Shown: piece by piece, positions 1 through 15,000 of the stretch
How positions within the stretch are numbered: the first letter of the stretch is position 1
Layout of the letters: each line of letters starts with the position of its first letter
NCBI GenBank assembly: GCA_965235115.1
Contig: OZ249448.1
Location: 682,001-746,000 of the forward strand
Direction of reading: 5' to 3'
DNA length: 64,000 nt
Origin: Laetmonice hystrix
Lineage: Eukaryota
Notes under the pieces: model-generated
Seen by the model: the letters and a program-made list of their open reading frames with translations, nothing else
The model's database searches: none
What the model was told of the DNA's origin: nothing
Program-made: the position numbers and the translations under genes

Positions 1-3000
1 TGACCTTGAAATTACTAAAAGTATATTTGAGCAATCGTGCAATATTTTTACAGGCAGAGTACATTTACCCCTTGACTTTATTTTACTTTCTAGTGACGAC
101 TCCTGGTGGTAAGATAGCTTTAGTAATTAATCTTGAGCATTTAGAAATAGGCAGAATTAATACCCTCCAATACACACGATGATTCTCAGCTTTCCTCTGT
201 TAACTTAGATCACACCTGAAAGTTGTACTTTTCAAAATGTATAACTTTTCCATACATCCATGTATCAATAGCAGTCTATGGGCTCAGAACTGTGTATTTC
301 TGAAAAGGAGATGGAAGAAACTTTAAATGACATAGCTTAAACTATTACGACGTCTGAACCTTACAGCCCACATATTCTGCAATAGCAAGAAAAGGGCGAT
401 CCTTATGGAAAAGCCCTTGTGTTATGAAAGGGAAATGCAAAATGTTCATGCCTAGCAAATGCTTAAAGTTTAATGCTACTCAGTTGTTATCAAATGGTCG
501 CCTTGGACGCTAGCGATATGCTGTATTTCATACAGGATGTCAGGACCCATTCACCGCTACAGAGAATAAGCATGCCAATGGCGGCAAAGCCAATACCGCC
601 AGAACCATGGCTGACTGTAGGACAGCATGTCTGACTTCTGCAGAGCGATGCTATGGATTTGACTTTCAAGCAGGGTTTAGTGGGGCAACATTGTGCTGGC
701 TGTTTTCCAGTGCCAAAGCAAATGAGCTGGTGGATTTGGCTGGAACAACACATTATGAACGTCGTTTTGTGTGTGGTGGATCAGGTTCAGGTGGTGAGCA
801 CAAGGATTCTTTGCCTACCATGCTATGGTAGAACATATCAAGAGAGCTAAACTAGAACTTTCGCTCTAGGCTGTAATTGCTAAAACTATGACTTATGGCA
901 GAGAATGGCCCTCTGACAGTTCTTATGCTTGAAAACATGTCAGGTCATTTCTATGGATATTTGTTGAGCAATCATGGTACGGTCTGGAGATGGTAACCCA
1001 ACATACCACAATCCAGGAACCAAAAGCGATGAATCATGAACACCTGTCCTGGAATCATTTCATTAGAAGCTTGCCTTAAGATGTACGTTTTGCCATGGTG
1101 GCATTGACATTCTACCTGACCTTTACCCAGGCTGCATTGTCAAATTGGCTATCATTCTACTAAACGCTTGAGCTCCTCTTCCTGAAAGCTTTGCACTTTA
1201 ATTTCTATTTCTAGCTGAGCTCAGGTAAGCAGGAATTCAGCCAATGCCAACAGAAGGAAGTGGATTTTAAGTGACAGAGCTGAAAGGATATATCATGGCA
1301 TCTTTGTCAGCTCTTAGGGATCGCTTCTTCAGCACAGCCTCTGAAATAACGTTATATATAAACGTATTGCCATTAATCTAGTTGCATCTGATGAGCACAT
1401 CCTCAACTCTCTTTACATACAAACATGCTCTGGAGGATCTAAAGCTGATAAAGTACTACTGGTAGCGAAAAATAAGGAGTATACTGGTTCGACAGTACAC
1501 GTGATATCAGACAGAATTGAACATTATATTTTAGATATCATTTCCCTTCAAGTGAATCTGCATTAATATATTTGCAACTTCAAGTGTGCAGAGTGTTGTT
1601 TCATACTACTTTCAAGTCATAATGAAACCAAGTCTCTTTTCTGAGGTAGGCTGCGAGAATAACTTCGATGAGACGGCAAGAACGCATTCAGATGGTGGTG
1701 TGTTAAAATCAGATGCCACAACAGTGTCCGCATGCAGAACTGCCTGCATATCAGCAAATCCCACATGTTATGGATATGACATTGTAAGGAGTGGCACCAC
1801 TATTCAATGTTGGCTGAATTCGAATAAAGATGCATTGAATAACCTAAAACCCATGGATACTGCCACAAACTACAAGAGAAAATGTGCAGGCCAAACTGGA
1901 GGTAAGAGGTTTTTGCCATAAAACATGGAAATGTCGTACCTACTCTATTCAGCATTGGAACACTGAAGCACATCTAGGGACATGTATCCTGTCTTGGCAC
2001 GGGTGACCTTGAAATTACTAAAAGTATATTTGAGCAATCGTGCAATATTTTTACAGGCAGAGTACATTTACCCCTTGACTTTATTTTACTTTCTAGTGAC
2101 GACTCCTGGTGGTAAGATAGCTTTAGTAATTAATCTTGAGCATTTAGAAATAGGCAGAATTAATACCCTCCAATACACACGATGATTCTCAGCTTTCCTC
2201 TGTTAACTTAGATCACACCTGAAAGTTGTACTTTCCAAAATGTATAACTTTTCCATACATCCATGTATCAATAGCAGTCTATGGGCTCAGAACTGTGTAT
2301 TTCTGAAAAGGAGATGGAAGAAACTTTAAATGACATAGTTTAAACTATTACGACGTCTGAACCTTACAGCCCACATATTCTGCAATAGCAAGAAAAGGGC
2401 GATCCTTATGGAAAAGCCCTTGTGTTATGAAAGGGAAATCCAAAATGTTCATGCCTAGCAAATGCTTAAAGTTTAATGCTACTCAGTTGTTATCAAATGG
2501 TCGCCTTGGACGCTAGCGATATGCTGTATTTCATACAGGATGTCAGGACCCATTCACCGCTACAGAGAATAAGCATGCCAATGGCGGCAAAGCCAATACC
2601 GCCAGAACCATGGCTGACTGTAGGACAGCATGTCTGACTTCTGCAGAGCGATGTTATGGATTTGACTTTCAAGCAGGGTTTAGTGGGGCAACATTGTGCT
2701 GGCTGTTTTCCAGTGCCAAAGCAAATGAGCTGGTGGACTTGGCTGGAACAACACATTATGAACGTCGTTTTGTGTGTGGTGGATCAGGTTCAGGTGGTGA
2801 GCACAAGGATTCTTTGCCTACCATGCTATGGTAGAACATATCAAGAGAGCTAAACTAGAACTTTCGCTCTAGGCTGTCATTGCTAAAACTATGACTTATG
2901 GCAGAAAATGGCCCTCTGACAGTTCTTATGCTTGAAAACATATCAGGGCAATTCTATGGATATTTGTTGTGCAATCATGGTACTGTCTGTAGATGGTAGC

Positions 3001-6000
3001 CCAACATACCACAATCCAGGAACCAAAAGCGATGAATCATGAACACCTGTCCTGGAATCATTTCATTAGAAGCTTGCCTTAAGATGTACGTTTTGCCATG
3101 GTGGCATTGACATTCTACCTGACCTTTACCCCAGGCTGCATTGTCAAATTGGCTATCATTCTACTAAACGCTTGAGCTCCTCTTCCTGAAAGCTTTGCAC
3201 TTTAATTTCTATTTCTAGCTGAGCTCAGGTTAGCAGGAATTCAGCCAATGCCAACAGAAGGAAGTGGATTTTAAGTGACAGAGCTGAAAAGGATATATCA
3301 TGGCATCTTTGTCAGCTCTTAGTAATCGCTTCTTCAGCACAGCCTCTGAAATAACGTTATATATAAACGTATTGCCATTAATCTAGTTGCATCTGATGAG
3401 CACATCCTCAATTCTCTTTACATACAGACATGCTCTGCAGGATCTAAAGGTGATAAAGTACTACTGGTAGCGAAAAATAAGGAGTATACTGGTTCGACAG
3501 TACACGTGATATAAGGCAGAATTGAACATTATATTTCAGATATCATTTCCCTTCAAGTGAATCTGCATTAATATATTTGCAACTTCAAGTGTGCAGAGTG
3601 TTGTTTCATACTACTTTCAAGTCATAATGAAACCAAGTCTCTTTTCTGAGCTAGGCTGCGAGAATAACTTCGATGAGACGGCAAGAACGCATTCAGATGG
3701 TGGTGTGTTAAAATCAGATGCCACAACGGTGTCCGCATGCAGAACTGCCTGCATATCAGCAAATCCAACATGTTATGGATATGACATTGTAAGGAGTGGC
3801 ACCACTATTCAATGTTGGCTGAATTCGAATAAAGATGCATTGAATAACCTAAAACCCATGGATACTGCCACAAACTACAAGAGAAAATGTGCAGGCCAAA
3901 CTGGAGGTAAGAGGTTTTTGCCATAAAACATGGAAATGTCGTACCTACTCTATTCAGCATTGCAACACTGAAGGATATCTAGGGACATGTATCCTGTCTT
4001 GGCACAGGTGACCTTGAAATTACTAAAAGCATATTTGAGCAATCGTGCAATATTTGTACAGGCAGAGTACATTTACCTCTTGACTTTATTTTACTTTCTA
4101 GTGACGACTCCTGGTGGTAAGATAGCTTTAGTAATTAATCTTTAGCATTTAGAAATAGGCAGAATTAATACCCTCCAATACACACGATGATTCTCAACTT
4201 TCCTCTGTTAACTTAGATCCCACCCCAAAGTTGTACTTTCCAAAATGTATAACTATTCCATACATCCATTTATCAATAGCAGTCCATGGGCTCAGAACTG
4301 TGTATTTCTGAAAAGGAGATAGAAGAAACTTTAAATGACATAGTTTAAACTATTACGACGTCTGAACCTTACAGCCCACATATTCTGCAATAGCAAGAAA
4401 AGAGCGATCCTTATGGAAAAGCCCTTGTGTTATGAAAGGGAAATGCAAAATGTTCATGCCACGCAAATGCTTAAAGTTTAATGCTACTCAGTTGTTATCA
4501 AATGGTCGCCTTGAACGCTAGCGATATGCTGTATTTCATACAGGATGTCAGGACCCATTCACCGCTACAGAGAATAAGCATGCCAATGGCGGCAAAGCCA
4601 ATACCGCCAGAACCATGGCTGACTGTAGGACAGCATGTCTGACTTCTGCAGAGCGATGCTATGGATTTGACTTTCAAGCAGGGTTTAGTGGGGCAACATT
4701 GTGCTGGCTGTTTTCCAGTGCCAAAGCAAATGAGCTGGTGGACTTGGCTGGAACAACACATTATGAACGTCGTTTTGTGTGTGGTGGATCAGGTTCAGGT
4801 GGTGAGCACAAGGATTCTTTGCCTACCATGCTATGGTAGAACATATCAAAAGAGCTAAACTAGAACTTTCGCTCTAGGCTGTAATTGCTAAAACTATGAC
4901 TTATGGCAGAGAATGGCCCTCTGACAGTTCTTATGCTTGAAAACATGTCAGGGCAATTCTATGGATATTTGTTGAGCAATCATGGTACTGTCTAACCCAA
5001 CATACCACAATCCAGGAACCAAAAGCGATGAATCATGAACACCTGTCCTGGAATCATTTCAGTAGAAGCTTGCCTTAAGATATACGTTTTGCCATGATGG
5101 CATTGACATTCTACCTGACCTTTACCCCAGGCTGCATTGTCAAATTGGCTATCATTCTACTAAACGCTTGAGCTCCTCTTCCTGAAAGCTTTGCACTTTA
5201 ATTTCTATTGCTAGCTGAGCTCAGGTTAGCAGGAATTCAGCCAATGCCAACAGAAGGAAGTGGATTTTAAGTTACAGAGCTGAAAAGGATATATCATGGC
5301 ATCTTTGTCAGCTGTTAGGGATCGCTTCTTCAGCACAGCCTCTTAAATAACGTTATATATAAACGTATTGCCATTAATCTGGTTGCATCTGATGAGCACA
5401 TCCTCAACTCTTTTTACATACAAACATGCTCTGGAGGATCTAAAGCTGATAAAGTACTACTGGTAGCGAAAAATAAGTAGTATACTGGTTCGACAGTACA
5501 CGTGATATAAGGCAGCATTGACCATTATATTTCAGATATCATTTCCCTTCAAGTGAATCTGCATTAATATATTTGCAACTTCAAGTGTGCAGAGTGTTGT
5601 TTCATACTACTTTCAAGTCATAATGAAACCAAGTCTCTTTTCTGAGCTAGGCTGCGAGAATAACTTCGATGAGACAGCAAGAACGCATTCAGATGGTGGT
5701 GTGTTAAAATCAGATGCCACAACAGTGTCCGCATGCAGAACTGCCTGCATATCAGCAAATCCAACATGTTATGGATATGACATTGTAAGGAGTGGCACCA
5801 CTATTCAATGTTGGCTGAATTCGAATAAAGATGCATTGAATAACCTAAAACCCATGGATACTGCCACAAACTACAAGAGAAAATGTGCAGGCCAAACTGG
5901 AGGTAAGAGGTTTTTGCCATAAAACATGGAAATGTCGTATCTACTCTATTCAGCATTGCAACACTGAAGGATATCTAGGGACATGTATCCTGTCTTGGCA

Positions 6001-9000
6001 CAGGTGACGTTGAAATTACTAAAAGCATATTTGAGCAATCGTGCAATATTTTTACAGGCAGAGTACATTTACCTCTTGACTTTATTTTACTTTCTAGTGA
6101 CGACTCCTGGTGGTAAGATAGCTTTAGTAATTAATCTTGAGCATTTAGAAATAGGCAGAATTAATACCCTCCAATACACACGATGATTCTCAGCTTTCCT
6201 CTGTTAACTTAGATCACACCTGAAAGTTGTACTTTCCAAAATGTATAACTATTCCATACATCCATGTATCAATAGCAGTCCATGGGCTCAGAACTGTGTA
6301 TTTCTGAAAAGGAGATAGAAGAAACTTTAAATGACATAGTTTAAACTATTACGACGTCTGAACCTTACAGCCCACATATTCTGCAATAGCAAGAAAAGGG
6401 CGATCCTTATGGAAAAGCCCTTGTGTTATGAAAGGGAAATGCAAAATGTTTATGCCTAGCAAATGCTTAAAATTTAATGCTACTCAGTTGTTATCAAATG
6501 GTCGCCTTGGACGCTAGCGATATGCTGTATTTCATACAGGATGTCAGGATCCATTCACCGCTACAGAGAATAAGCATGCCAATGGCGGCAAAGCCAATAC
6601 CGCCAGAACCATGGCTGACTGTAGGACAGCATGTCTGACTGCTGCAGAGCGATGCTATGGATTTGACTTTCAAGCAGGGTTTAGTGGGGCAACATTGTGC
6701 TGGCTGTTTTCCAGTGCCAAAGCAAATGAGCTGGTGGACTTGGCTGGAACAACACATTATGAACGTCGTTTTGTGTGTGGTGGATCAAGTTCAGGTGGTG
6801 AGCACAAGGATTCTTTGCCTACCATGCTATGGTAGAACATATCAAGAGAGCTAAACTAGAACTTTCGTCTCTAGGCTGTAATTGCTAAAACTATGACTTA
6901 TGGCAGAGAATGGCCCTCTGACAGTTCTTATGCTTGAAAACATGTCAGGGCAATTCTATGGATATTTGTTGTGCAATCATGGTACTGTCTAACCCAACAT
7001 ACCACAATCCAGGAACCAAAAGCGATGAATCATGAACACCTGTCCTGGAATCATTTCAGTAGAAGCTTGCCTTAAGATGTACGTTTTGCCATGGTGGCAT
7101 TGACATTCTACCTGACCTTTACCCCAGGCTGCATTGTCAAATTGGCTATCATTCTACTAAACGCTTGAGCTCCTCTTCCTGAAAGCTTTGCACTTTAATT
7201 TCTATTGCTAGCTGAGCTCAGGTTAGCAGGAATTCAGCCAATGCCAACAGAAGGAAGTGGATTTTAAGTGACAGAGCTGAAAAGGATATATCATGGCATC
7301 TTTGTCAGCTCTTAGGGATCGCTTCTTCAGCACAGCCTCTTAAATAACGTTATATATAAACGTATTGCGATTATTCTAGTTGCATCTGATGAGCACATCC
7401 TCAATTCTCTTTACATACAAACATGCTCTGCAGGATCTAAAGGTGATAAAGTACTACTGGTAGCGAAAAATAAGGAGTATACTGGTTCGACAGTACACGT
7501 GATATAAGGCAGAATTGAACATTATATTTCAGATATCATTTCCCTTCAAGTGAATCTGCATTAATATATTTGCAACTTCAAGTGTGCAGAGTGTTGTTTC
7601 ATACTACTTTCAAGTCATAATGAAACCAAGTCTCTTTTCTGAGCTAGGCTGCGAGAATAACTTCGATGAGACGGCAAGAACGCATTCAGATGGTGGTGTG
7701 TTAAAATCAGATGCCACAACAGTGTCCGCATGCAGAACTGCCTGCATATCAGCAAATCCAACATGTTATGGATATGACATTGTAAGGAGTGGCACCACTA
7801 TTCAATGTTGGCTGAATTCGAATAAAGATGCATTGAATAACCTAAAACCCATGGATACTGCCACAAACTACAAGAGAAAATGTGCAGGCCAAACTGGAGG
7901 TAAGAGGTTTTTGCCATAAAACATGGAAATGTCGTACCTACTCTATTCAGCATTGCAACACTGAAGGATATCTAGGGACATGTATCCTGTCTTGGCACAG
8001 GTGACCTTGAAATTACTAAAAGTATATTTGAGCAATCGTGCAATATTTTTACAGGCAGAGTACATTTACCTTTTGACTTTATTTTACTTTCTAGTGACGA
8101 CTCCTGGTGGTAAGATAGCTTTAGTAATTAATCTTGAGCATTTAGAAATAGGCAGAATTAATACCCTCCAATACACACGATGATTCTCAACTTTCCTCTG
8201 TTAACTTAGATCACACCTGAAAGTTGTACTTTTCAAAATGTATAACTTTTCCATACATCATTGTATCAATAGCAGTGTGTGGGCTCAGAACTGTGTATTT
8301 CTGAAAAGGAGATGGAAGAAACTTTAAATGACATAGCTTAAACTATTACGACGTCTGAACCTTACAGCCCACATATTCTGCAATAGCAAGAAAAGGGCGA
8401 TCCTTATGGAAAAGCCCTTGTGTTATGAAAGGGAAATGCAAAATGTTCATGCCTAGCAAATGCTTAAAGTTTAATGCTACTCAGTTGTTATCAAATGGTC
8501 GCCTTGGACGCTAGCGATATGCTGTATTTCATACAGGATGTCAGGATCCATTCACCGCTACAGAGAATAAGCATGCCAATGGCGGCAAAGCCAATACCGC
8601 CAGAACCATGGCTGACTGTAGGACAGCATGTCTGACTTCTGCAGAGCGATGCTATGGATTTGACTTTCAAGCAGGGTTTAGTGGGGCAACATTGTGCTGG
8701 CTGTTTTCCAGTGCCAAAGCAAATGAGCTGGTGGACTTGGCTGGAACAACACATTATGAACGTCGTTTTGTGTGTGGTGGATCAGGTTCAGGTGGTGAGC
8801 ACAAGGATTCTTTGCCTACCATGCTATGGTAGAACATATCAAGAGAGCTAAACTAGAACTTTCGTCTCTAGGCTGTAATTGCTAAAACTATGACTTATGG
8901 CAGAGAATGGCCCTCTGACAGTTCTTATGCTTCAAAACATGTCAGGGCAATTCTATGGATATTTGTTGAGCAATCATGGTACTGTCTAACCCAACATACC

Positions 9001-12000
9001 ACAATCCAGGAACCAAAAGCGATGAATCATGAACACCTGTCCTGAAATCATTTCATTAGAAGCTTGCCTTAAGATGTACGTTTTGCCATGGTGGCATTGA
9101 CATTCTACCTGACCTTTACCCAGGCTGAATTGTCAAATTGGCTATCATTCTACTAAACGCTTGAGCTCCTCTTCCTGAAAGCTTTGCACTTTAATTTCTA
9201 TTGCTAGCTGAGCTCAGGTTATCAGGAATTCAGCCAATGCCAACAGAAGGAAGTGGATTTTAAGTGACAGAGCTGAAAAGGATATATCATGGCATCTTTG
9301 TCAGCTCTTAGGGATCGCTTCTTCAGCACAGCCTCTGAAATAACGTTATATATAAACGTATTGCGATTAATCTAGTTGCATCTGATGAGCACATCCTCAA
9401 TTCTCTTTACATACAAACATGCTCTGGGGGATCTAAAGCTGATAAAGTACTACTGGTAGCGAAAAATAAGGAGTATACTGGTTCGACAGTAAACGTGATA
9501 TAAAGCAGAATTGAACATTATATTTCCGATATCATTTCCCTTCAAGTGAATATGCATTAATATATTTGCAACTTCAAGTGTGGAGAGTGTTGTTTCATAC
9601 TACTTTCAAGTCATAATGAAACCAAGTCTCTTTTCTGAGCTAGGCTGCGAGAATAACTTCGATGAGACGGCAAGAACGCATTCAGATGGTGGTGTGTTAA
9701 AATCAGATGCCACAACAGTGTCCGCATGCAGAACTGCCTGCATATCAGCAAATCCAACATGTTATGGATATGACATTGTAAGGAGTGGCACCACTATTCA
9801 ATGTTGGCTGAATTCGAATAAAGATGCATTGAATAACCTAAAACCCATGGATACTGCCACAAACTACAAGAGAAAATGTGCAGGCCAAACTGGAGGTAAG
9901 AGGTTTTTGCCATAAAACATGGAAATGTCGTACCTACTCTATTCAGCATTGCAACACTGAAGGATATCTAGGGACATGTATCCTGTCTTGGCACAGGTGA
10001 CGTTGAAATTACTAAAAGCATATTTGAGCAATCGTGCAATATTTTTACAGGCAGAGTACATTTACCTCTTGACTTTATTTTACTTTCTAGTGACGACTCC
10101 TGGTGGTAAGATAGCTTTAGTAATTAATCTTGAGCATTTAGAAATAGGCAGAATTAATACCCTCCAATACACACGATGATTCTCAACTTTCCTCTGTTAA
10201 CTTAGATCACACCTGAAAGTTGTACTTTTCAAAATGTATAACTTTTCCATACATCATTGTATCAATAGCAGTCTGTGGGCTCAGAACTGTGTATTTCTGA
10301 AAAGGAGATGGAAGAAACTTTAAATGACATAGCTTAAACTATTACGACGTCTGAACCTTACAGCCCACATATTCTGCAATAGCAAGAAAAGGGCGATCCT
10401 TATGGAAAAGCCCTTGTGTTATGAAAGGGAAATGCAAAATGTTTATGCCTAGCAAATGCTTAAAGTTTAATGCTACTCAGTTGTTATCAAATGGTCGCCT
10501 TGGACGCTAGCGATATGCTGTATTTCATACAGGATGTCAGGATCCATTCACCGCTACAGAGAATAAGCATGCCAATGGCGGCAAAGCCAATACCGCCAGA
10601 ACCATGGCTGACTGTAGGACAGCATGTCTGACTTCTGCAGAGCGATGCTATGGATTTGACTTTCAAGCAGGGTTTAGTGGGGCAACATTGTGCTGGCTGT
10701 TTTCCAGTGCCAAAGCAAATGAGCTGGTGGACTTGGCTGGAACAACACATTATGAACGTCGTTTTGTGTGTGGTGGATCAAGTTCAGGTGGTGAGCACAA
10801 GGATTCTTTGCCTACCATGCTATGGTAGAACATATCAAAAGAGCTAAACTAGAACTTTCGCTCTAGGCTGTAATTGCTAAAACTATGACTTATGGCAGAG
10901 AATGGCCCTCTGACAGTTCTTATGCTTGAAAACATGTCAGGGCAATTCTATGGATATTTGTTGAGCAATCATGGTACTGTCTAACCCAACATACCACAAT
11001 CCAGGAACCAAAAGCGATGAATCATGAACACCTGTCCTGGAATCATTTCAGTAGAAGCTTGCCTTAAGATGTACGTTTTGCCATGGTGGCATTGACATTC
11101 TACCTGACCTTTACCCCAGGCTGCATTGTCAAATTGGCTATCATTCTACTAAACGCTTGAGCTCCTCTTCTTGAAAGCTTTGCACTTTAATTTCTATTGC
11201 TAGCTGAGCTCAGGTTAGCAGGAATTCAGCCAATGCCAACAGAAGGAAGTGGATTTTAAGTGACAGAGCTGAAAAGGATATATCATGGCATCTTTGTCAG
11301 CTCTTAGGGATCGCTTCTTCAGCACAGCCTCTTAAATAACGTTATATATAAACGTATTGCGATTATTCTAGTTGCATCTGATGAGCACATCCTCAATTCT
11401 CTTTACATACAAACATGCTCTGCAGGATCTAAAGGTGATAAAGTACTACTGGTAGCGAAAAATAAGGAGTATACTGGTTCGACAGTAAACGTGATATAAG
11501 GCAGAATTGAACATTATATTTCCGATATCATTTCCCTTCAAGTGAATATGCATTAATATATTTGCAACTTCAAGTGTGCAGAGTGTTGTTTCATACTACT
11601 TTCAAGTCATAATGAAACCAAGTCTCTTTTCTGAGCTAGGCTGCGAGAATAACTTCGATGAGACGGCAAGAACGCATTCAGATGGTGGTGTGTTAAAATC
11701 AGATGCCACAACAGTGTCCGCATGCAGAACTGCCTGCATATCAGCAAATCCAACATGTTATGGATATGACATTGTAAGGAGTGGCACCACTATTCAATGT
11801 TGGCTGAATTCGAATAAAGATGCATTGAATAACCTAAAACCCATGGATACTGCCACAAACTACAAGAGAAAATGTGCAGGCCAAACTGGAGGTAAGAGGT
11901 TTTTGCCATAAAACATGGAAATGTCGTACCTACTCTATTCAGCATTGCAACACTGAAGCACATCTAGGGACATGTATCCTGTCTTGGCACGGGTGACCTT

Positions 12001-15000
12001 GAAATTACTAAAAGTATATTTGAGCAATCGTGCAATATTTTTACAGGCAGAGTACATTTACCTCTTGACTTTATTTTACTTTCTAGTGACGACTCCTGGT
12101 GGTAAGATAGCTTTAGTAATTAATCTTGAGCATTTAGAAATAGGCAGAATTAATACCCTCCAATACACACGATGATTCTCAACTTTCCTCTGTTAACTTA
12201 GATCACACCTGAAAGTTGTACTTTTCAAAATGTATAACTTTTCCATACATCCATGTATGAATAGCAGTCTATGGGCTCAGAACTGTGTATTTCTGAAAAG
12301 GAGATGGAAGAAACTTTAAATGACATAGTTTAAACTATTACGACGTCTGAACCTTACAGCCCACATATTCTGCAATAGCAAGAAAAGGGCGATCCTTATG
12401 GAAAAGCCCTTGTGTTATGAAAGGGAAATGCAAAATGTTCATGCCTAGCAAATGCTTAAAGTTTAATGCTACTCAGTTGTTATCAAATGGTCGCCTTGGA
12501 CGCTAGCGATATGCTGTATTTCATACAGGATGTCAGGATCCATTCACCGCTACAGAGAATAAGCATGCCAATGGCGGCAAAGCCAATACCGCCAGAACCA
12601 TGGCTGACTGTAGGACAGCATGTCTGACTTCTGCAGAGCGATGCTATGGATTTGACTTTCAAGCAGGGTTTAGTGGGGCAACATTGTGCTGGCTGTTTTC
12701 CAGTGCCAAAGCAAATGAGCTGGTGGACTTGGCTGGAACAACACATTATGAACGTCGTTTTGTGTGTGGTGGATCAGGTTCAGGTGGTGAGCACAAGGAT
12801 TCTTTGCCTACCATGCTATGGTAGAACATATCAAGAGAGCTAAACTAGAACTTTCGTCTCTAGGCTGTAATTGCTAAAACTATGACTTATGGCAGAGAAT
12901 GGCCCTCTGACAGTTCTTATGCTTCAAAACATGTCAGGGCAATTCTATGGATATTTGTTGAGCAATCATGGTACTGTCTAACCCAACATACCACAATCCA
13001 GGAACCAAAAGCGATGAATCATGAACACCTGTCCTGGAATCATTTCAGTAGAAGCTTGCCTTAAGATGTACGTTTTGCCATGGTGGCATTGACATTCTAC
13101 CTGACCTTTACCCCAGGCTGCATTGTCAAATTGGCTATCATTCTACTAAACGCTTGAACTCCTCTTCTTGAAAGCTTTGCACTTTAATTTCTATTGCTAG
13201 CTGAGCTCAGGTTAGCAGGAATTCAGCCAATGCCAACAGAAGGAAGTGGATTTTAAGTGACAGAGCTGAAAAGGATATATCATGGCATCTTTGTCAGCTC
13301 TTAGGGATCGCTTCTTCAGCACAGCCTCTTAAATAACGTTATATATAAACGTATTGCGATTATTCTAGTTGCATCTGATGAGCACATCCTCAATTCTCTT
13401 TACATACAAACATGCTCTGCAGGATCTAAAGCTGATAAAGTACTACTGGTAGCGAAAAATAAGGAGTATACTGGTTCGACAGTAAACGTGATATAAGGCA
13501 GAATTGAACATTATATTTCCGATATCATTTCCCTTCAAGTGAATATGCATTAATATATTTGCAACTTCAAGTGTGCAGAGTGTTGTTTCATACTACTTTC
13601 AAGTCATAATGAAACCAAGTCTCTTTTCTGAGCTAGGCTGCGAGAATAACTTCGATGAGACGGCAAGAACGCATTCAGATGGTGGTGTGTTAAAATCAGA
13701 TGCCACAACAGTGTCCGCATGCAGAACTGCCTGCATATCAGCAAATCCAACATGTTATGGATATGACATTGTAAGGAGTGGCACCACTATTCAATGTTGG
13801 CTGAATTCGAATAAAGATGCATTGAATAACCTAAAACCCATGGATACTGCCACAAACTACAAGAGAAAATGTGCAGGCCAAACTGGAGGTAAGAGGTTTT
13901 TGCCATAAAACATGGAAATGTCGTACCTACTCTATTCAGCATTGCAACACTGAAGCACATCTAGGGACATGTATCCTGTCTTGGCACGGGTGACCTTGAA
14001 ATTACTAAAAGTATATTTGAGCAATCGTGCAATATTTTTACAGGCAGAGTACATTTACCTCTTGACTTTATTTTACTTTCTAGTGACGACTCCTGGTGGT
14101 AAGATAGCTTTAGTAATTAATCTTGAGCATTTAGAAATAGGCAGAATTAATACCCTCCAATACACACGATGATTCTCAACTTTCCTCTGTTAACTTAGAT
14201 CACACCTGAAAGTTGTACTTTTCAAAATGTATAACTTTTCCATACATCCATGTATGAATAGCAGTCTATGGGCTCAGAACTGTGTATTTCTGAAAAGGAG
14301 ATGGAAGAAACTTTAAATGACATAGTTTAAACTATTACGACGTCTGAACCTTACAGCCCACATATTCTGCAATAGCAAGAAAAGGGCGATCCTTATGGAA
14401 AAGCCCTTGTGTTATGAAAGGGAAATGCAAAATGTTCATGCCTAGCAAATGCTTAAAGTTTAATGCTACTCAGTTGTTATCAAATGGTCGCCTTGGACGC
14501 TAGCGATATGCTGTATTTCATACAGGATGTCAGGATCCATTCACCGCTACAGAGAATAAGCATGCCAATGGCGGCAAAGCCAATACCGCCAGAACCATGG
14601 CTGACTGTAGGACAGCATGTCTGACTTCTGCAGAGCGATGCTATGGATTTGACTTTCAAGCAGGGTTTAGTGGGGCAACATTGTGCTGGCTGTTTTCCAG
14701 TGCCAAAGCAAATGAGCTGGTGGACTTGGCTGGAACAACACATTATGAACGTCGTTTTGTGTGTGGTGGATCAGGTTCAGGTGGTGAGCACAAGGATTCT
14801 TTGCCTACCATGCTATGGTAGAACATATCAAGAGAGCTAAACTAGAACTTTCGTCTCTAGGCTGTAATTGCTAAAACTATGACTTATGGCAGAGAATGGC
14901 CCTCTGACAGTTCTTATGCTTCAAAACATGTCAGGGCAATTCTATGGATATTTGTTGAGCAATCATGGTACTGTCTAACCCAACATACCACAATCCAGGA